DNA from: Opitutales bacterium
Lineage (GTDB): Bacteria > Verrucomicrobiota > Verrucomicrobiia > Opitutales > PNEW01
DNA: 64,000 bases
Direction: 5' to 3'
NCBI GenBank assembly: GCA_965197745.1
Contig: CBDANS010000006.1
Coordinates: 64,001 to 128,000, forward strand
A program made the position numbers and the translations under genes. The first letter of the stretch is position 1. Each line of letters opens with the position of its first letter. Positions 20,984-32,097 of the stretch are shown here, in pieces. The notes under the pieces were generated by a model. That model did no database searches and was not told where the DNA came from. It was given only the letters and a program-made list of their open reading frames with translations.

Positions 20984-22174
20984 ATGTCTCAGAATTACGT
21001 CGTATCTGCGCGTTGGACACGCGCATTTGATGAAAACGCGCTTGAAGTGTGGGCTGAACAACTGCGTAAACAGATTATAGATGAAAAAGTATCACTGGGC
21101 TTATTGTTTTTGACCCCTGCCTTTTTTGAGGATGCCGAAAAGATTCTGGAAATCATTCGTGTCCACGCTCGTGTCCCTATTCTCATGGGATGTTCCAGCC
21201 ATGGTATTATTGTCAATGGTGAGGAAATTGAAGAGGAAGGGGGAATCGCCCTTTCCCTTTTTCACCTCCCCGGGGCAAATCTTAATGCCTTCGCTCTTTC
21301 CTCGGAACAGATCAATGATGTAGATGATGAAAATACACTGCCAGAACTGACAGGTATAAACCGTGAAGACACCAATGGGTGGCTGCTATTCGCGGACCCC
21401 TTTCACCTCAATAGCGATCAATGGCTCAATGGTTGGAACGCAGCTTATGCCCCAGTGGCTATGCTTGGTGGTTTAGCAGGTGGCAGACCAGGTGAACTCC
21501 GCACCTTTCTCTATCTCGACGGCAGGACCTATGATGAGGGCCTTGTCGCTTTGTCCGTAGGAGGCGCTATCACCCTCAAAAGTATTATTTCTCAGGGCTG
21601 CACACCGATTGGCGATACATGGACTATTACCCAGGCTGAAAAAAATATTATTTATAAAATCGGAAACAGACCGGCTTTCGAAGTGCTCTTGGAAACGTTA
21701 AACAATCTGCCTGACGAACTTAAAAAACGCGCCAATCGTAATCTTTTCACCGGACTGGTTATTGATGAATACCGCGAAGCGTTCGGGAGAGGTGACTTTC
21801 TTATACGCAATCTCATTGGGGGTGATCCTGATAAGGGTGCGATTGCTCTCGGTGCTTACCCAAGGGCAGGTCAAACGATACAGTTTCAACTTAGGGATGC
21901 CCAGGCCGCGACTGAAGACATAGACGCCTTGCTCCTCAAAGCCGAAAAATACCTGCACGATAAAATTGTCTATGGAGCCTGTCTTTGCTCTTGTAACGGT
22001 CGGGGTAAAGGACTGTTCGGAAAACCGAATCATGACGCCCATCACCTTCAGGCTCATCTGGGTCCCCTGGCCGTCGGTGGATTTTTCTGCAATGGTGAAA
22101 TCGGACCGGTTGGCGATATTAGCTATCTCCACAGTTATACCGCATCAATTGCCTTTTTCGTTAATAATGGATGA
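20984..22174 (+). CDS. FIST N/C domain protein
   Basis: ADPF, GGLAGG, SQGCTPIG, DFLIRNLIG, SCNGRG, GFFCNGEIGP. Confidence 0.92.
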   Translation: MSQNYVVSARWTRAFDENALEVWAEQLRKQIIDEKVSLGLLFLTPAFFEDAEKILEIIRVHARVPILMGCSSHGIIVNGEEIEEEGGIALSLFHLPGANLNAFALSSEQINDVDDENTLPELTGINREDTNGWLLFADPFHLNSDQWLNGWNAAYAPVAMLGGLAGGRPGELRTFLYLDGRTYDEGLVALSVGGAITLKSIISQGCTPIGDTWTITQAEKNIIYKIGNRPAFEVLLETLNNLPDELKKRANRNLFTGLVIDEYREAFGRGDFLIRNLIGGDPDKGAIALGAYPRAGQTIQFQLRDAQAATEDIDALLLKAEKYLHDKIVYGACLCSCNGRGKGLFGKPNHDAHHLQAHLGPLAVGGFFCNGEIGPVGDISYLHSYTASIAFFVNNG

Positions 22175-22418
22175 TCCTTCATCCTGATGTTTCAATTGCC
22201 TGGTGATCTGGATTATTATGTCTCCACTTTCGCCTTCAAACTATTCGAACCGTGGATTACCACGCGTTAACAATGAATATTTAAGTTGAAAAGAGACCTC
22301 CACGCGCTGCCAGTCTCTATTTTTGTGGTTATCATCAATCCAGTAATAAATATTAATTGATCGTTCAATCAATTATTAAGCATAATCCTGCTAGCGTGCA
22401 GAAATCCGGTGCAGGGCA

Positions 22419-22790
22419 TTAAATATGCCTTGAATCGTCGAGGTCTTTAGCGGAATAGCCATCGTCCTGGCGTTCTATATTAACTTTATTCTTTTTAACA
22501 TAGGCGTCGTGGACGTCGCCGGGTGTCATTCCAAGCACTTGGGCAAGTGAGATAAGAAAGTGAAAAAGGTCGACAACTTCGACCCGGGCATTTTGCTGGT
22601 CAAATTTCTGGTATTTAGCCCACCATTTCCAGGGCACAGAATCAACGAGCTCTGCTAATTCCTGTTGCATGGCCCTGGAATAATTGAGCAACCACTCTGT
22701 TTTTTCTTCATCTGTGAGATCCTTGGTCTCTACGCCGATACGATGGTTAAGAGATTCTTGCAATTCAAAGATCTCGTCTAATTTATCCAT
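22419..22790 (-). CDS. Dimeric (all-alpha) dUTPase
   Basis: ELAEL.DSVPWKWW, VEVVDLFHF, KN.VN..RQ..GY. Confidence 0.85.
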   Translation of the reverse strand: MDKLDEIFELQESLNHRIGVETKDLTDEEKTEWLLNYSRAMQQELAELVDSVPWKWWAKYQKFDQQNARVEVVDLFHFLISLAQVLGMTPGDVHDAYVKKNKVNIERQDDGYSAKDLDDSRHI

Positions 22791-23091
22791 GTTTCAGTTA
22801 ATGTATCAAATAGCAGTATATTAAACGCAAGTTCTTTCAGCCGCAACAGCTTGATTGAAAGGGGGTCTGTTAAAAAATGATTGAGCCTCAGAAAAAAATC
22901 CTCATGCTCATAACTATAAGGAATAACCTATTCTGAATAAATCCTTCTTTATCGGTTATAACAAAAGCGAATCAGTAAATTTTAAGCATCTTATAGCTTG
23001 GAAGATTTGTTCGCGGCGGGAAGATTTCAGGAATTCTGTGTTATACCATGTCCTGATATAGAATATATTCATTCATCTATTTATTAAAATC

Positions 23092-23841
23092 ATGCCACAA
23101 TTTATACATTCAGACGATAGTGACTCGACCACACCGAGTGAAAACCAAGATTCGCAGAGTTTTACAGATCAGTCGGGTCCCCATTCCAGAAGCCAGACAT
23201 CAAATCCCATAGCGCCTCATCACCGAGAAATAATTGAGTACACGCCACGCAGATCTGAAAATAAAAGGGAAGAAAAAGGCGACGACCTCGCGAAGAAAAG
23301 CGATGTTAGCACACCACCGAGAAGGGTTGATAGCCAAAAAAATAGAGCCCCACAACCCCGTCGGAAAACGAACTACCAATGCTATAATCGCAATCGGTCA
23401 AATCGGCATAATAAGTCCCGCGACAGGCGATCATTATTAGATAGAATAAAAGCCCTATTTTATTTTATCTTTCGAATAAAGGATCCAAAGCGTAAGAAGG
23501 AAGACAGAAGGCGGAAAAGAGGAAGATATAGAGGGCAATACCGCAATCGTCGCTCGGGCGGGGGTAGATCTCGACGACAGGGTGGTGATGGTCAAGGTTC
23601 AACAAACCGGCAGAACAACCGGGGTGGTAATCAGCAGCGGGGTAATGATAGAAACCAGCGCAATAATCGCGGGGGTCGACCCAGGAACGCCCGGCCTCAA
23701 AGCAGCGACACTGAGTCTAATAATAGTAACAGTGATGGAGGGGGGAACCAACCACGTTATCGATCGAGGAACCGAAGACGTGATAGAAACCGAACGGATA
23801 ATCCCCGGTCTGATCGCAACAGAGAAAACGATTCCCGATAA
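23092..23841 (+). CDS. Arg/Asn/Gly-rich low-complexity protein
   Basis: 249-aa ORF filling the space upstream of murA; polar and basic except for one short hydrophobic segment. Confidence 0.75.
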   Translation: MPQFIHSDDSDSTTPSENQDSQSFTDQSGPHSRSQTSNPIAPHHREIIEYTPRRSENKREEKGDDLAKKSDVSTPPRRVDSQKNRAPQPRRKTNYQCYNRNRSNRHNKSRDRRSLLDRIKALFYFIFRIKDPKRKKEDRRRKRGRYRGQYRNRRSGGGRSRRQGGDGQGSTNRQNNRGGNQQRGNDRNQRNNRGGRPRNARPQSSDTESNNSNSDGGGNQPRYRSRNRRRDRNRTDNPRSDRNRENDSR

Positions 23842-23853
23842 TTTATTAGTTTG

Positions 23854-25158
23854 ATGGATGTCATTCGCATCAGAGGGAGAAATCCATTAAGCGGTAGAGT
23901 AAAAGTCAGCGGCGCTAAAAACGCGGCTTTGCCGGTCATGGCAGCGACGCTGCTTACGGACGAACCCTGCACCCTCTACAACATGCCCGATTTAAGCGAT
24001 GTTCACTTCATGGGGGACATTCTTCAGCACCTTGGTGCTGATGTGGAACAATTGGAACCGGAGACATGGCGCATAAGAGCGCATCATATTAATCCGAAAG
24101 CGCCCTATGAACTGGTGCGTAAAATGCGCGCTTCTATTTGTTTACTCGGTCCCCTCATAGGTCGGTTACGGAAGGCTGAAGTTTCCCTCCCCGGGGGTTG
24201 TGTTATAGGGCCGCGGCCCATCGACTTGCATTTAAAAGGTCTTATCAAGTTGAAATGTGATGTGCATATCAACAGCGGATATGTCAAAATTGATGGTTCT
24301 CATTTATCGGGAGCGGATATCTTTCTTGGCGGTCGTTTTGGGAGCACTGCCACCGGAACGGCCAACATCATCATGGCCGCTGTCCTCGCGCCCGGGACTA
24401 CGAGAATTGAAAGTGCCGCCTGCGAACCGGAAGTCATCGATTTATGCCAGATGCTTACGTCCATGGGGGCGGAAATCGAAGGGATCGGCGGACATGTCCT
24501 GACCATTACGGGTGTTGATAGCTTGCACAGCTGCGAGCATCATGTCATCGCTGATCGTATAGAAGCAGGGACATTCATCCTCGCGGGTGCGATTACCGAC
24601 GGAAACATTACGATTACTGGCGCGGAGCCCGAACACCTGGGTGCCTTGTTAGATAAGCTTGATGAAGCTCAGATTCCAGTATCCGTCAAAGACAGTGGGG
24701 ATATCAGTGTCACTAATCAAAATCATGTGCAACAGCCCGTGGACCTCATTACCCTGCCCCACCCGGGATTTCCTACTGATCTGCAGGCACAAATGTGCGC
24801 ACTCATGAGTATCACTCCTGGTCTCAGTATTATCACTGAACGTGTTTTCCCACATCGTTTCATGCATGTGCCGGAACTGCAACGCATGGGCGCTGACATC
24901 GCCATCGAAGGTCCCAGCGCCATCATACAAGGTAAGCAATCACTTTCTGGAGCACCGGTAATGGCCTCTGACCTGAGGGCAAGCGCAGCGCTTCTCCTAT
25001 CCGGCCTGGCCGCTACCGGAGAAACCTGGGTTCAACGCATCTATCATCTTGATCGCGGCTATGACAGAATAGATGAGAAGCTACAGGCTCTTGGCGCAGA
25101 CATCACGCGCATGCCGGTTGAATCCATGCCAAAGGATTTACAAACCGAAACCGTGTAA
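23854..25158 (+). CDS. murA: UDP-N-acetylglucosamine 1-carboxyvinyltransferase
   Basis: SGAKNAALP, MRAS, PGGCVIGPRPIDLH (catalytic Cys), DRIEAGT, PGFPTDLQ, DLRA, DRGY. Confidence 0.97.
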   Translation: MDVIRIRGRNPLSGRVKVSGAKNAALPVMAATLLTDEPCTLYNMPDLSDVHFMGDILQHLGADVEQLEPETWRIRAHHINPKAPYELVRKMRASICLLGPLIGRLRKAEVSLPGGCVIGPRPIDLHLKGLIKLKCDVHINSGYVKIDGSHLSGADIFLGGRFGSTATGTANIIMAAVLAPGTTRIESAACEPEVIDLCQMLTSMGAEIEGIGGHVLTITGVDSLHSCEHHVIADRIEAGTFILAGAITDGNITITGAEPEHLGALLDKLDEAQIPVSVKDSGDISVTNQNHVQQPVDLITLPHPGFPTDLQAQMCALMSITPGLSIITERVFPHRFMHVPELQRMGADIAIEGPSAIIQGKQSLSGAPVMASDLRASAALLLSGLAATGETWVQRIYHLDRGYDRIDEKLQALGADITRMPVESMPKDLQTETV

Positions 25159-25238
25159 TCACTGCCGCTATTTTGAGAGTGCTGGCACGAGACATCTTTT
25201 GGTTTGTTTATCTGAGATAAAAAATACATGGTGTCTAT

Positions 25239-26276
25239 GTGAGCGAACCGGAAAAAGGCGGCGAATATTTCAGCAATGCTCTGGAGCGAGACGAAACGGT
25301 GGATGCGGCATTGCGGCCCCTGTCCTTCGGCGATTTCACGGGGCAGACAAAGACGATTGAACGTTTACAGATAATGGTAGGCGCTGCGCTTGCTCGAAAA
25401 GATGTCCTCAATCATATTCTTATCAGTGGCCCCCCGGGTTTAGGTAAAACCACGCTCGCCTTTATTCTTGCCCAATCGATGGGCACGAATTTGCGACCGA
25501 CCTCGGGGCCGGTAATAGAAAAACCCGGTGACCTTGCCGGCATGCTTACCAACCTTGAAGAAGGGGATATCCTCTTTATCGATGAAATTCATCGCATTCC
25601 AAAAACGGTTGAAGAGTACTTGTATTCGGCCATGGAAGATTACCGTATCGATATTATGCTCGACCAGGGACCTAACGCTCGCAGTGTCAGGCTCAATATC
25701 CCCCACTTTACCCTGGTCGGGGCAACGACTCGCAGCGGACTCTTAACCGCACCCTTGCGCAGCCGCTTTACCCTGCAAACGCGCCTTTCTTATTATAATC
25801 ACCGGGAAATTTTATCGATTGTGAAGCGCAGCTGCAATCTTCTGAATATCCTCGCCAACAATGAGGGGGCAAAGGAAATTGCGGATCGCGCCCGCGGCAC
25901 GCCCAGGATAGCCAACAATCTCATTCACTTTATACGCGACTATGCGCAACAGCGCGCCGATGGAAAAATAACGCGTAAAGTTGCCGCGGCGGGACTGGAA
26001 CTGCTCGAAATAGATGCTTACGGTCTCGATGAGATGGACAAACGTATTCTCCAGATTATTGCAGAAAATTACCAGGGAGGACCGGTTGGTCTGAACACCA
26101 TAGCCATCGCGGTGGGTGAAGAAGAACAGACGCTGGAAGAGGTCAATGAACCCTACCTTATTCAAGAGGGGTACCTGCAACGCACAGCACAAGGGCGCAC
26201 CTTGACTTCAAAAGGGTTTGAAGTGATAGGACTCAAGGGGCCGTTGACCGGCGATGATCAACTTGAGCTTATATAA
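25239..26276 (+). CDS. ruvB: Holliday junction branch migration helicase RuvB
   Basis: LRP..F.DF.GQ, GPPGLGKTT, LFIDEIHR, GATTR, RGTPR, EPYL; GTG start. Confidence 0.97.
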   Translation: MSEPEKGGEYFSNALERDETVDAALRPLSFGDFTGQTKTIERLQIMVGAALARKDVLNHILISGPPGLGKTTLAFILAQSMGTNLRPTSGPVIEKPGDLAGMLTNLEEGDILFIDEIHRIPKTVEEYLYSAMEDYRIDIMLDQGPNARSVRLNIPHFTLVGATTRSGLLTAPLRSRFTLQTRLSYYNHREILSIVKRSCNLLNILANNEGAKEIADRARGTPRIANNLIHFIRDYAQQRADGKITRKVAAAGLELLEIDAYGLDEMDKRILQIIAENYQGGPVGLNTIAIAVGEEEQTLEEVNEPYLIQEGYLQRTAQGRTLTSKGFEVIGLKGPLTGDDQLELI

Positions 26277-26317
26277 GCTGATTGATTTTAACGTCCCTTA
26301 GGACAGAAGCCTCGATA

Positions 26318-27295
26318 TTAACAGATAAGGCTTTTAAAATCGTCTATCTTACTTTTAAACCCGCCGGGCACACCCTTGTTGATAACAGAAACGGCATCAT
26401 GTGAATGGAGTGATTCCAAATGTGCACACGCAACCTGGAAATCGATAATCCGTTCGTCGGTGTCAAGTTGCTCATAAAGCAGGCGCGCCGCGTCCTCAAC
26501 AAATTTCACATTGGCCCCGTTTAGTTCAGCAAAAGCCTGTTCATCTTCACGTTTAACCATTACCTGGGTTTCGGTTTGAAGCCCTTTGAGACTGTGGCGG
26601 TAAAGGTCTTCAATCATAACCTGCATCCCCGGACGCACCTCTGCACTGATCCGGGCTTTGCTTCGCTGGCTGTGGGGGATGGCAAAGACCTGGCGATTAT
26701 CGCGTGCGTGTTCAGCCAGTTCGGAAGAACAGGGACAGGTCGATGAGTAAACAAAATCAAAATGGAAAATCTTCCGGCAGCGATTGAGATCATCAAGAAT
26801 GCCTTCATAGACGACTTCGTAATACTGATAACCCTCAAGTTCGCTGCGCAGACTTTTTTGAATTAAAGGATAGGAAAATCTCAGTTCCAGATGGGCCCGA
26901 CTACTGCCGTGGTCCTCCTTATAGCGCAGCAATATTTCCTCCAGTAATTCCAGGGTAAATATACGATCTTTGAAATAGTAAAATGTGCGTATTATGCGCG
27001 ACATGTTAATACCTTTAGAGTCCGCTGCGTGTGAGACCGTGCCGGAAACAGAGGTCTCAAGAGATACTGTCTCTCCGTCTCCTTTAAGGTACTTTAATGG
27101 TAATCGAAAATTGGAAATGCCTACCTGTAATATAGGGACATTCGCTCCGCGAATCTCATCGCTGGGTGCATTCTGGCTGTCTGGTAAAGAATTTCGATAC
27201 GTATCGGATACCACAAATTTTTTGTTGTAATGTTGTTTCAAAGACGGTCCTTCTGTTACCGGCTCCGAGGAAGTGCTTTTGCTTTTGTTGTCCAT
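26318..27295 (-). CDS. folE2: GTP cyclohydrolase IB
   Basis: [43 protein letters not shown]. Confidence 0.95.
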   Translation of the reverse strand: MDNKSKSTSSEPVTEGPSLKQHYNKKFVVSDTYRNSLPDSQNAPSDEIRGANVPILQVGISNFRLPLKYLKGDGETVSLETSVSGTVSHAADSKGINMSRIIRTFYYFKDRIFTLELLEEILLRYKEDHGSSRAHLELRFSYPLIQKSLRSELEGYQYYEVVYEGILDDLNRCRKIFHFDFVYSSTCPCSSELAEHARDNRQVFAIPHSQRSKARISAEVRPGMQVMIEDLYRHSLKGLQTETQVMVKREDEQAFAELNGANVKFVEDAARLLYEQLDTDERIIDFQVACAHLESLHSHDAVSVINKGVPGGFKSKIDDFKSLIC

Positions 27296-27546
27296 TATTT
27301 ATTAAAACCATTCAAAAAAGGTAAGATACGCCAAAAAGTCAATTATTCCTAACACAGGTATAGCTAATTTTGACTTATGTTGAAAATCTACTCCAAAACA
27401 TATAAAATTGCGAGTATAGAAAATACACGAATCGAGGGAGAAGAATTAAATCTGCAACAATAGAAAGGGTTTTAAAAAATGACCTAAATTGAAGAAAATT
27501 CAAGAAAACCTTTGCAGAACTATTGTATTTAAAATTATGAATCTAC

Positions 27547-28347
27547 ATGGCCATGCGTTTCAGGATATTGGGAAGTAGCAGTTCGGGTAATGCGGCTCTC
27601 CTTATTACCGAGAACTGCAAAGTTCTCATCGATGCCGGATTCTCGGGCCGTCGGCTCGGTGAGTACCTCGAAAACTGCGGCGAGTCCATTGATGCCCTGG
27701 ATGCGGTTTTTCTCACCCATGAACACAGTGATCACGCTTCCGGGCTCAGGGGGTTATCACGTCTTCCTCAATTGAAAGTATTCGCCAACCATGCGACAGC
27801 TAAAGTCGTCGAGGACGATATAAAGCGCCGCATCGCTTGGAAGCTGTTTGAAACTGGAACAACCTTCCAATACCGGGATCTCGAAATTACTACATTTGCC
27901 ATTCCGCATGATGCTTGTGATCCCGTGGGGTTCGTCATAAAAGAAAGTCCGCAAGCGCATAATCAGTCACAAAGCAGCATCGGCTGGGTTTTGGATCTGG
28001 GTTATGTTCCACAATTAGTACGTGAGCGTATTCGCAATGTCGACCTTCTCGTCATTGAGGCCAATCACGATATACGTCTGCTCGATGAAGATAGCCGCCG
28101 TCCATGGTCGGTTAAACAACGAATTAAAGGCAGACACGGACATCTCTCTAACGAGACCGTGCACACCTTCCTCAATGAGATGGAAAATCCAGGATGGAAG
28201 CAGGTACACCTGGCCCATCTGAGCAAAGATTGTAATAAAAAAACACTGGTTCAGGAAATGTTCAGTCCTCAAAAAGGATTTAAAAAGGATTTTGAGATAA
28301 ATGTTATTGATCCCCTAATTGAAACATTCCCCGCTCACGATTTTTAA
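27547..28347 (+). CDS. MBL-fold metallo-hydrolase (YycJ/WalJ-like)
   Basis: GSSSSGNA, THEHSDH, PHDA..P, EANHD, GHLSN, AHLS. Confidence 0.9.
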   Translation: MAMRFRILGSSSSGNAALLITENCKVLIDAGFSGRRLGEYLENCGESIDALDAVFLTHEHSDHASGLRGLSRLPQLKVFANHATAKVVEDDIKRRIAWKLFETGTTFQYRDLEITTFAIPHDACDPVGFVIKESPQAHNQSQSSIGWVLDLGYVPQLVRERIRNVDLLVIEANHDIRLLDEDSRRPWSVKQRIKGRHGHLSNETVHTFLNEMENPGWKQVHLAHLSKDCNKKTLVQEMFSPQKGFKKDFEINVIDPLIETFPAHDF

Positions 28348-28376
28348 AGATATTAATTCGTGATACTCCGAATCAC

Positions 28377-29033
28377 TTACGATTTCTCGATAACCATTTG
28401 TTGATTCATATAAGCTTCAGCGCGTCGCCAACTATTAAGGTCATCGATATCTTCCAATGGTTTGAGAATAGTTACACTGCGGCCCGACGCCTTGATCCGA
28501 TCCAGCGTTTCTCTGAAAACGGATTCTGTGCTCCAGTTGATATCGACAAAAAGTTCTGGCTCGAATTGCTTACCGGCAAGCAAATAGTAACCTCCATCGA
28601 AGGCGGGTCCGATAACAAAATCGTGGTTTATCAGACCCTTGCCAACTTCCTCTAAAACCGATCGATCAATGTAAGGGCAATCCCCTCCCAACAAAACTAA
28701 AGCTTCGGCACCTCGCTCAAACGATTCCCTCCATGCGGACTTGAGACGCTCGCCCAAATCCCCATTCGACTGGGTATAAAAATTATATTGATCGCCCAAC
28801 CACGCGCACACTTGCGATTCAGCACCAGCGGGCGTGTAATATATTTCTACCGGGAATTCTGTGGGGAGCCTGGAGAGAAAGTATTCCACCATTTTACGGT
28901 AAGCATTAAGAGCCTCTTCTTCACCAATACACCGGGCAAGTCTGGTTTTCACGGCAACAGCGTTCGGCACTTTGAGCATAATTATCAAGGTAAGTGCCGC
29001 CGGGGATATTTTATTATTTTTCTTAGAGGGCAT
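28377..29033 (-). CDS. DUF2064 / TIGR04282-like glycosyltransferase-fold protein
   Basis: VKTRLA, Q..GDLGERL, GGDCP, GPA.DGGYYL, I.WST..V, DIDD. Confidence 0.85.
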   Translation of the reverse strand: MPSKKNNKISPAALTLIIMLKVPNAVAVKTRLARCIGEEEALNAYRKMVEYFLSRLPTEFPVEIYYTPAGAESQVCAWLGDQYNFYTQSNGDLGERLKSAWRESFERGAEALVLLGGDCPYIDRSVLEEVGKGLINHDFVIGPAFDGGYYLLAGKQFEPELFVDINWSTESVFRETLDRIKASGRSVTILKPLEDIDDLNSWRRAEAYMNQQMVIEKS

Positions 29034-29053
29034 ACCGCACGTTGATGCTTTTA

Positions 29054-30166
29054 TTATACTGCTTTGCGGTAGAGATAGAGGGCAAAAAATAACATAAAAG
29101 TGTTGGGCAGCCATGCCGCTTGAAAGGGCTCTATTATCTGTCGCTCACCCAAAAGGGTGCAAAAGCTGGCCATAAAGTAATAGGCGAAAAAAAGACCGAA
29201 CGATTTCGATACCCCGACCATTGGATTCACTCTGACTCCCGCTACCGCATAGGGCACGGCAAGACCCAATACAATAAGACAGCTTAATGGATTGGCGAGA
29301 ATACTGTGGTAACGGACAGCATAACCATTTACGCGGGGATCATCATCCGACGAAAGTTTATCAAGTATTCTGGCCAATTGCAAAAATGATAAATCCTTAG
29401 GACGTTTTTCCAACGATTTCATTAATGTGGGATCTTCGGTTAAATAATGCAGGCTCTTCCGTTCGAACGCGACTGAGCGAATCGGTTCACCTAAAGCGGA
29501 ATCAAAGATTGTTTCACGCCCTTTAAGAAATACCCAATTGCCTTCAACATCGTCAAAAAAACCTTCATTTGCCATGAGCCTTGTCATTTCACGCTGATGC
29601 GTATCGAGAATGGAAATAGTTATTCCGTATCCACGGTAAGTGTATTCGCTGAATCTATTCATGAACCAAAGGCGATTATCCTTATGATTATAAAATGTAA
29701 GATTATAAATAAGGCCGACTTTAGATTCATCTTTCTCGGTCAGTTGATCGGCAAAGGCGTAGTTTTCCCAAATCTTGCGCGACTGTTCCACTGACCAGGG
29801 GACAAGTTGCGCATTGAGGTAGAGAAGCAGCAAGGTGGAAATGACACCCATCACCCACAAACTTCGTGTTATCTTATAAAGACTTAACCCACAGGCGCGC
29901 ATCGCTATTATTTCATTATTGCGATGCAGGCTGCCGAGGCTGAAGAGAACGGAGACGAGAAGAGATAACGGTAAAACAGTGGGAAAAAAACTTGGTAAAA
30001 GCACCAGGTAATACCAGCCTACGTTACGTATATCAGCTCCAAACTCGAGCAAGTCTGAGAGGTCGTCGTACATATCCTCCATCAGGAGCAACCCGAGCGT
30101 CACGCCTAGAGCAAGGGCAAAGGTCTTAAACCATTCTATGAGTATGTAACGGTCAAAAGTAGTCAC
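29054..30166 (-). CDS. lptG: LPS export permease LptF/LptG family (GTG start assumed)
   Basis: FDRYIL, LP.SLL, NEIIAMRACG, periplasmic domain, AAWLPN; F versus G assignment uncertain. Confidence 0.8.
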   Translation of the reverse strand: MTTFDRYILIEWFKTFALALGVTLGLLLMEDMYDDLSDLLEFGADIRNVGWYYLVLLPSFFPTVLPLSLLVSVLFSLGSLHRNNEIIAMRACGLSLYKITRSLWVMGVISTLLLLYLNAQLVPWSVEQSRKIWENYAFADQLTEKDESKVGLIYNLTFYNHKDNRLWFMNRFSEYTYRGYGITISILDTHQREMTRLMANEGFFDDVEGNWVFLKGRETIFDSALGEPIRSVAFERKSLHYLTEDPTLMKSLEKRPKDLSFLQLARILDKLSSDDDPRVNGYAVRYHSILANPLSCLIVLGLAVPYAVAGVRVNPMVGVSKSFGLFFAYYFMASFCTLLGERQIIEPFQAAWLPNTFMLFFALYLYRKAV

Positions 30167-30348
30167 GACTGAGTATATCCTAAAATAGGGAATCAAATGT
30201 AAACCCTAAGCGGATTTTTAACACACTAAAATTTACTTTATTACCTTCATGCTCCCGGGAGTGCCGGATTGGGGAATTATTCCTCTATTATTCCAAAATG
30301 ATTTTTTGCTGGCTTCTTTGATCAAGGAAATTTCAAATATCTCATATT

Positions 30349-32097
30349 ATGGGTAATCTGAAGGAAAGTTGGAATTCAAGAATAGGGGTGATTCTTGCCG
30401 TGTCTGGAAGCGCCGTTGGTCTGGGGAATTTTCTCCGTTTCCCCGGTCAGGCAGCACAGTACGGCGGTGGCGCCTTCATGCTCGCTTACCTGATTTCTTT
30501 TCTCATTATCGGTCTGCCCATTTGCTGGGCGGAGTGGACAATGGGTAGATATGGTGGACAGCGCGGGTTTAATTCCGCCCCCGGTATTCTGAATGCCATA
30601 TGGCGTCATCCGGCCGCAAAATATTTAGGCATTATCGGAGTCATTATTCCAATAATAATTTATATGTATTATGTTTATATCGAAGCCTGGTGCCTGGGCT
30701 ACGCCGTAAATTTTATCGTTGGGAATATGGAATTTGATGCGGTTGAAGAAGTCGGAGAATTCTGGGGAAACTTTATCGGAATTGAGGCGAATGGGGGCGC
30801 TTTCGGATTTAGCATTCGCCATGTCGGCATCTACCTTCTCTTCGTTTTTATTCTTAATTTTTTTCTTATTTATCGTGGGATCGCCAAGGGCATAGAACTC
30901 TTTTGCAAATATGCCATGCCGACCCTCTTAATTCTCGCCCTCATTGTTCTTGTCCGCGTCTTGACCCTTGGAGCGCCGGACAGTGAGCACCCTGAAAACA
31001 ATGTCGCCAATGGCCTTGGCTTTATGTGGAACCCGAATAAAATTATTCTCCAGGAAAAATCGATTGCTCCCCATGGTGGTGAAATCGTCTGGGTCGATAA
31101 AGAAGAGTTGGTGGGTGAAAAGGTCATCGAAGCGGCAAGAGCTGAAATTATTGAAAACCCCGATCATCGTATCTACAATCGCACGGTTGGAGAACAACTT
31201 CTGAACCCTCAGGTGTGGTTAGCCGCGGCCGGCCAGATCTTCTTTTCACTCTCTGTTGGTTTCGGTATTATTTTGACCTACGCCAGTTACCTGTCGCGAA
31301 AGGATGATATCGTCTTGAGCGGCTTATCGGCAACCAGCACCAATGAATTTTGTGAAGTTGCCCTGGGGGGGCTTATCACCGTTCCCGCAGGATTCGCCTT
31401 CCTCGGCGTAGTTGGCGTTGCTGGCAAAGGCACTTTTGGCCTGGGCTTTAACGTCCTCCCCATGGTTTTTTCTGCTATGCCCTTTGGCGCTTTCTTTGGA
31501 TTTCTTTTCTTTTTTTTATTATTTCTCGCGGCCGTTACCAGTTCGATCTCAATGCTTCAGCCGGGCATCGCTTTCCTCGAGGAAACGCTCAACATAAACC
31601 GCAAGCAATCGGTTGCTTTGCTGGGTCTGATTACGGCCATGGGCTGCCTTTTCGTTGTTTATTTCAGTGAAAATGTAAAGGCTCTCGATACCATGGACTT
31701 TTGGGTCGGCACCTTTCTTATCTTCATTCTTGCCACCATACAGATTATAATATTCGGCTGGGCTATGGGATTGGATAAAGGATTTTCCGAAGCCCACCAG
31801 GGCGCCGCCTTTCCTATTCCCGCCTTTTTTAAAATCATTATGAAATATATCTGTCCTCTTTTTCTCCTCACTATTTTCGTTCTATGGATTCTCGTTAATA
31901 TAGTCGGTCTTGATTTCGCAACTGGCCAAAGCAATGTCCCCACTTATGTTTCCGACCTCTTTGGCGAAAATAAATCCGTGGTGGCGTGGATGAGTGTGGG
32001 TATTATACTCCTTGTTGCCGCTTTTTTTGCGATTATCGTTTCACGTGTGCGTCGATACAGAGAACTGGACGAAAACGAAGGAGGAACTGGAATATGA
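30349..32097 (+). CDS. Sodium-dependent transporter, NSS/SNF family
   Basis: GSAVGLGNFLRFP, GGGAFM..Y, AAGQIFFSLSVG, AA.TSSIS. Confidence 0.95.
   Translation: MGNLKESWNSRIGVILAVSGSAVGLGNFLRFPGQAAQYGGGAFMLAYLISFLIIGLPICWAEWTMGRYGGQRGFNSAPGILNAIWRHPAAKYLGIIGVIIPIIIYMYYVYIEAWCLGYAVNFIVGNMEFDAVEEVGEFWGNFIGIEANGGAFGFSIRHVGIYLLFVFILNFFLIYRGIAKGIELFCKYAMPTLLILALIVLVRVLTLGAPDSEHPENNVANGLGFMWNPNKIILQEKSIAPHGGEIVWVDKEELVGEKVIEAARAEIIENPDHRIYNRTVGEQLLNPQVWLAAAGQIFFSLSVGFGIILTYASYLSRKDDIVLSGLSATSTNEFCEVALGGLITVPAGFAFLGVVGVAGKGTFGLGFNVLPMVFSAMPFGAFFGFLFFFLLFLAAVTSSISMLQPGIAFLEETLNINRKQSVALLGLITAMGCLFVVYFSENVKALDTMDFWVGTFLIFILATIQIIIFGWAMGLDKGFSEAHQGAAFPIPAFFKIIMKYICPLFLLTIFVLWILVNIVGLDFATGQSNVPTYVSDLFGENKSVVAWMSVGIILLVAAFFAIIVSRVRRYRELDENEGGTGI

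Noticed and set aside
22791..23091. ncRNA or riboswitch in the AT-rich divergent spacer (also 27296-27546)
   Set aside because: No recognisable conserved structure by eye; an Rfam scan would be needed
23854..25158. Fosfomycin-resistant MurA
   Set aside because: Active-site Cys is retained (PGGCVIG)
28377..29033. Arsenosugar biosynthesis cluster
   Set aside because: Only the DUF2064-like gene is present; no radical SAM or ArsM partner adjacent
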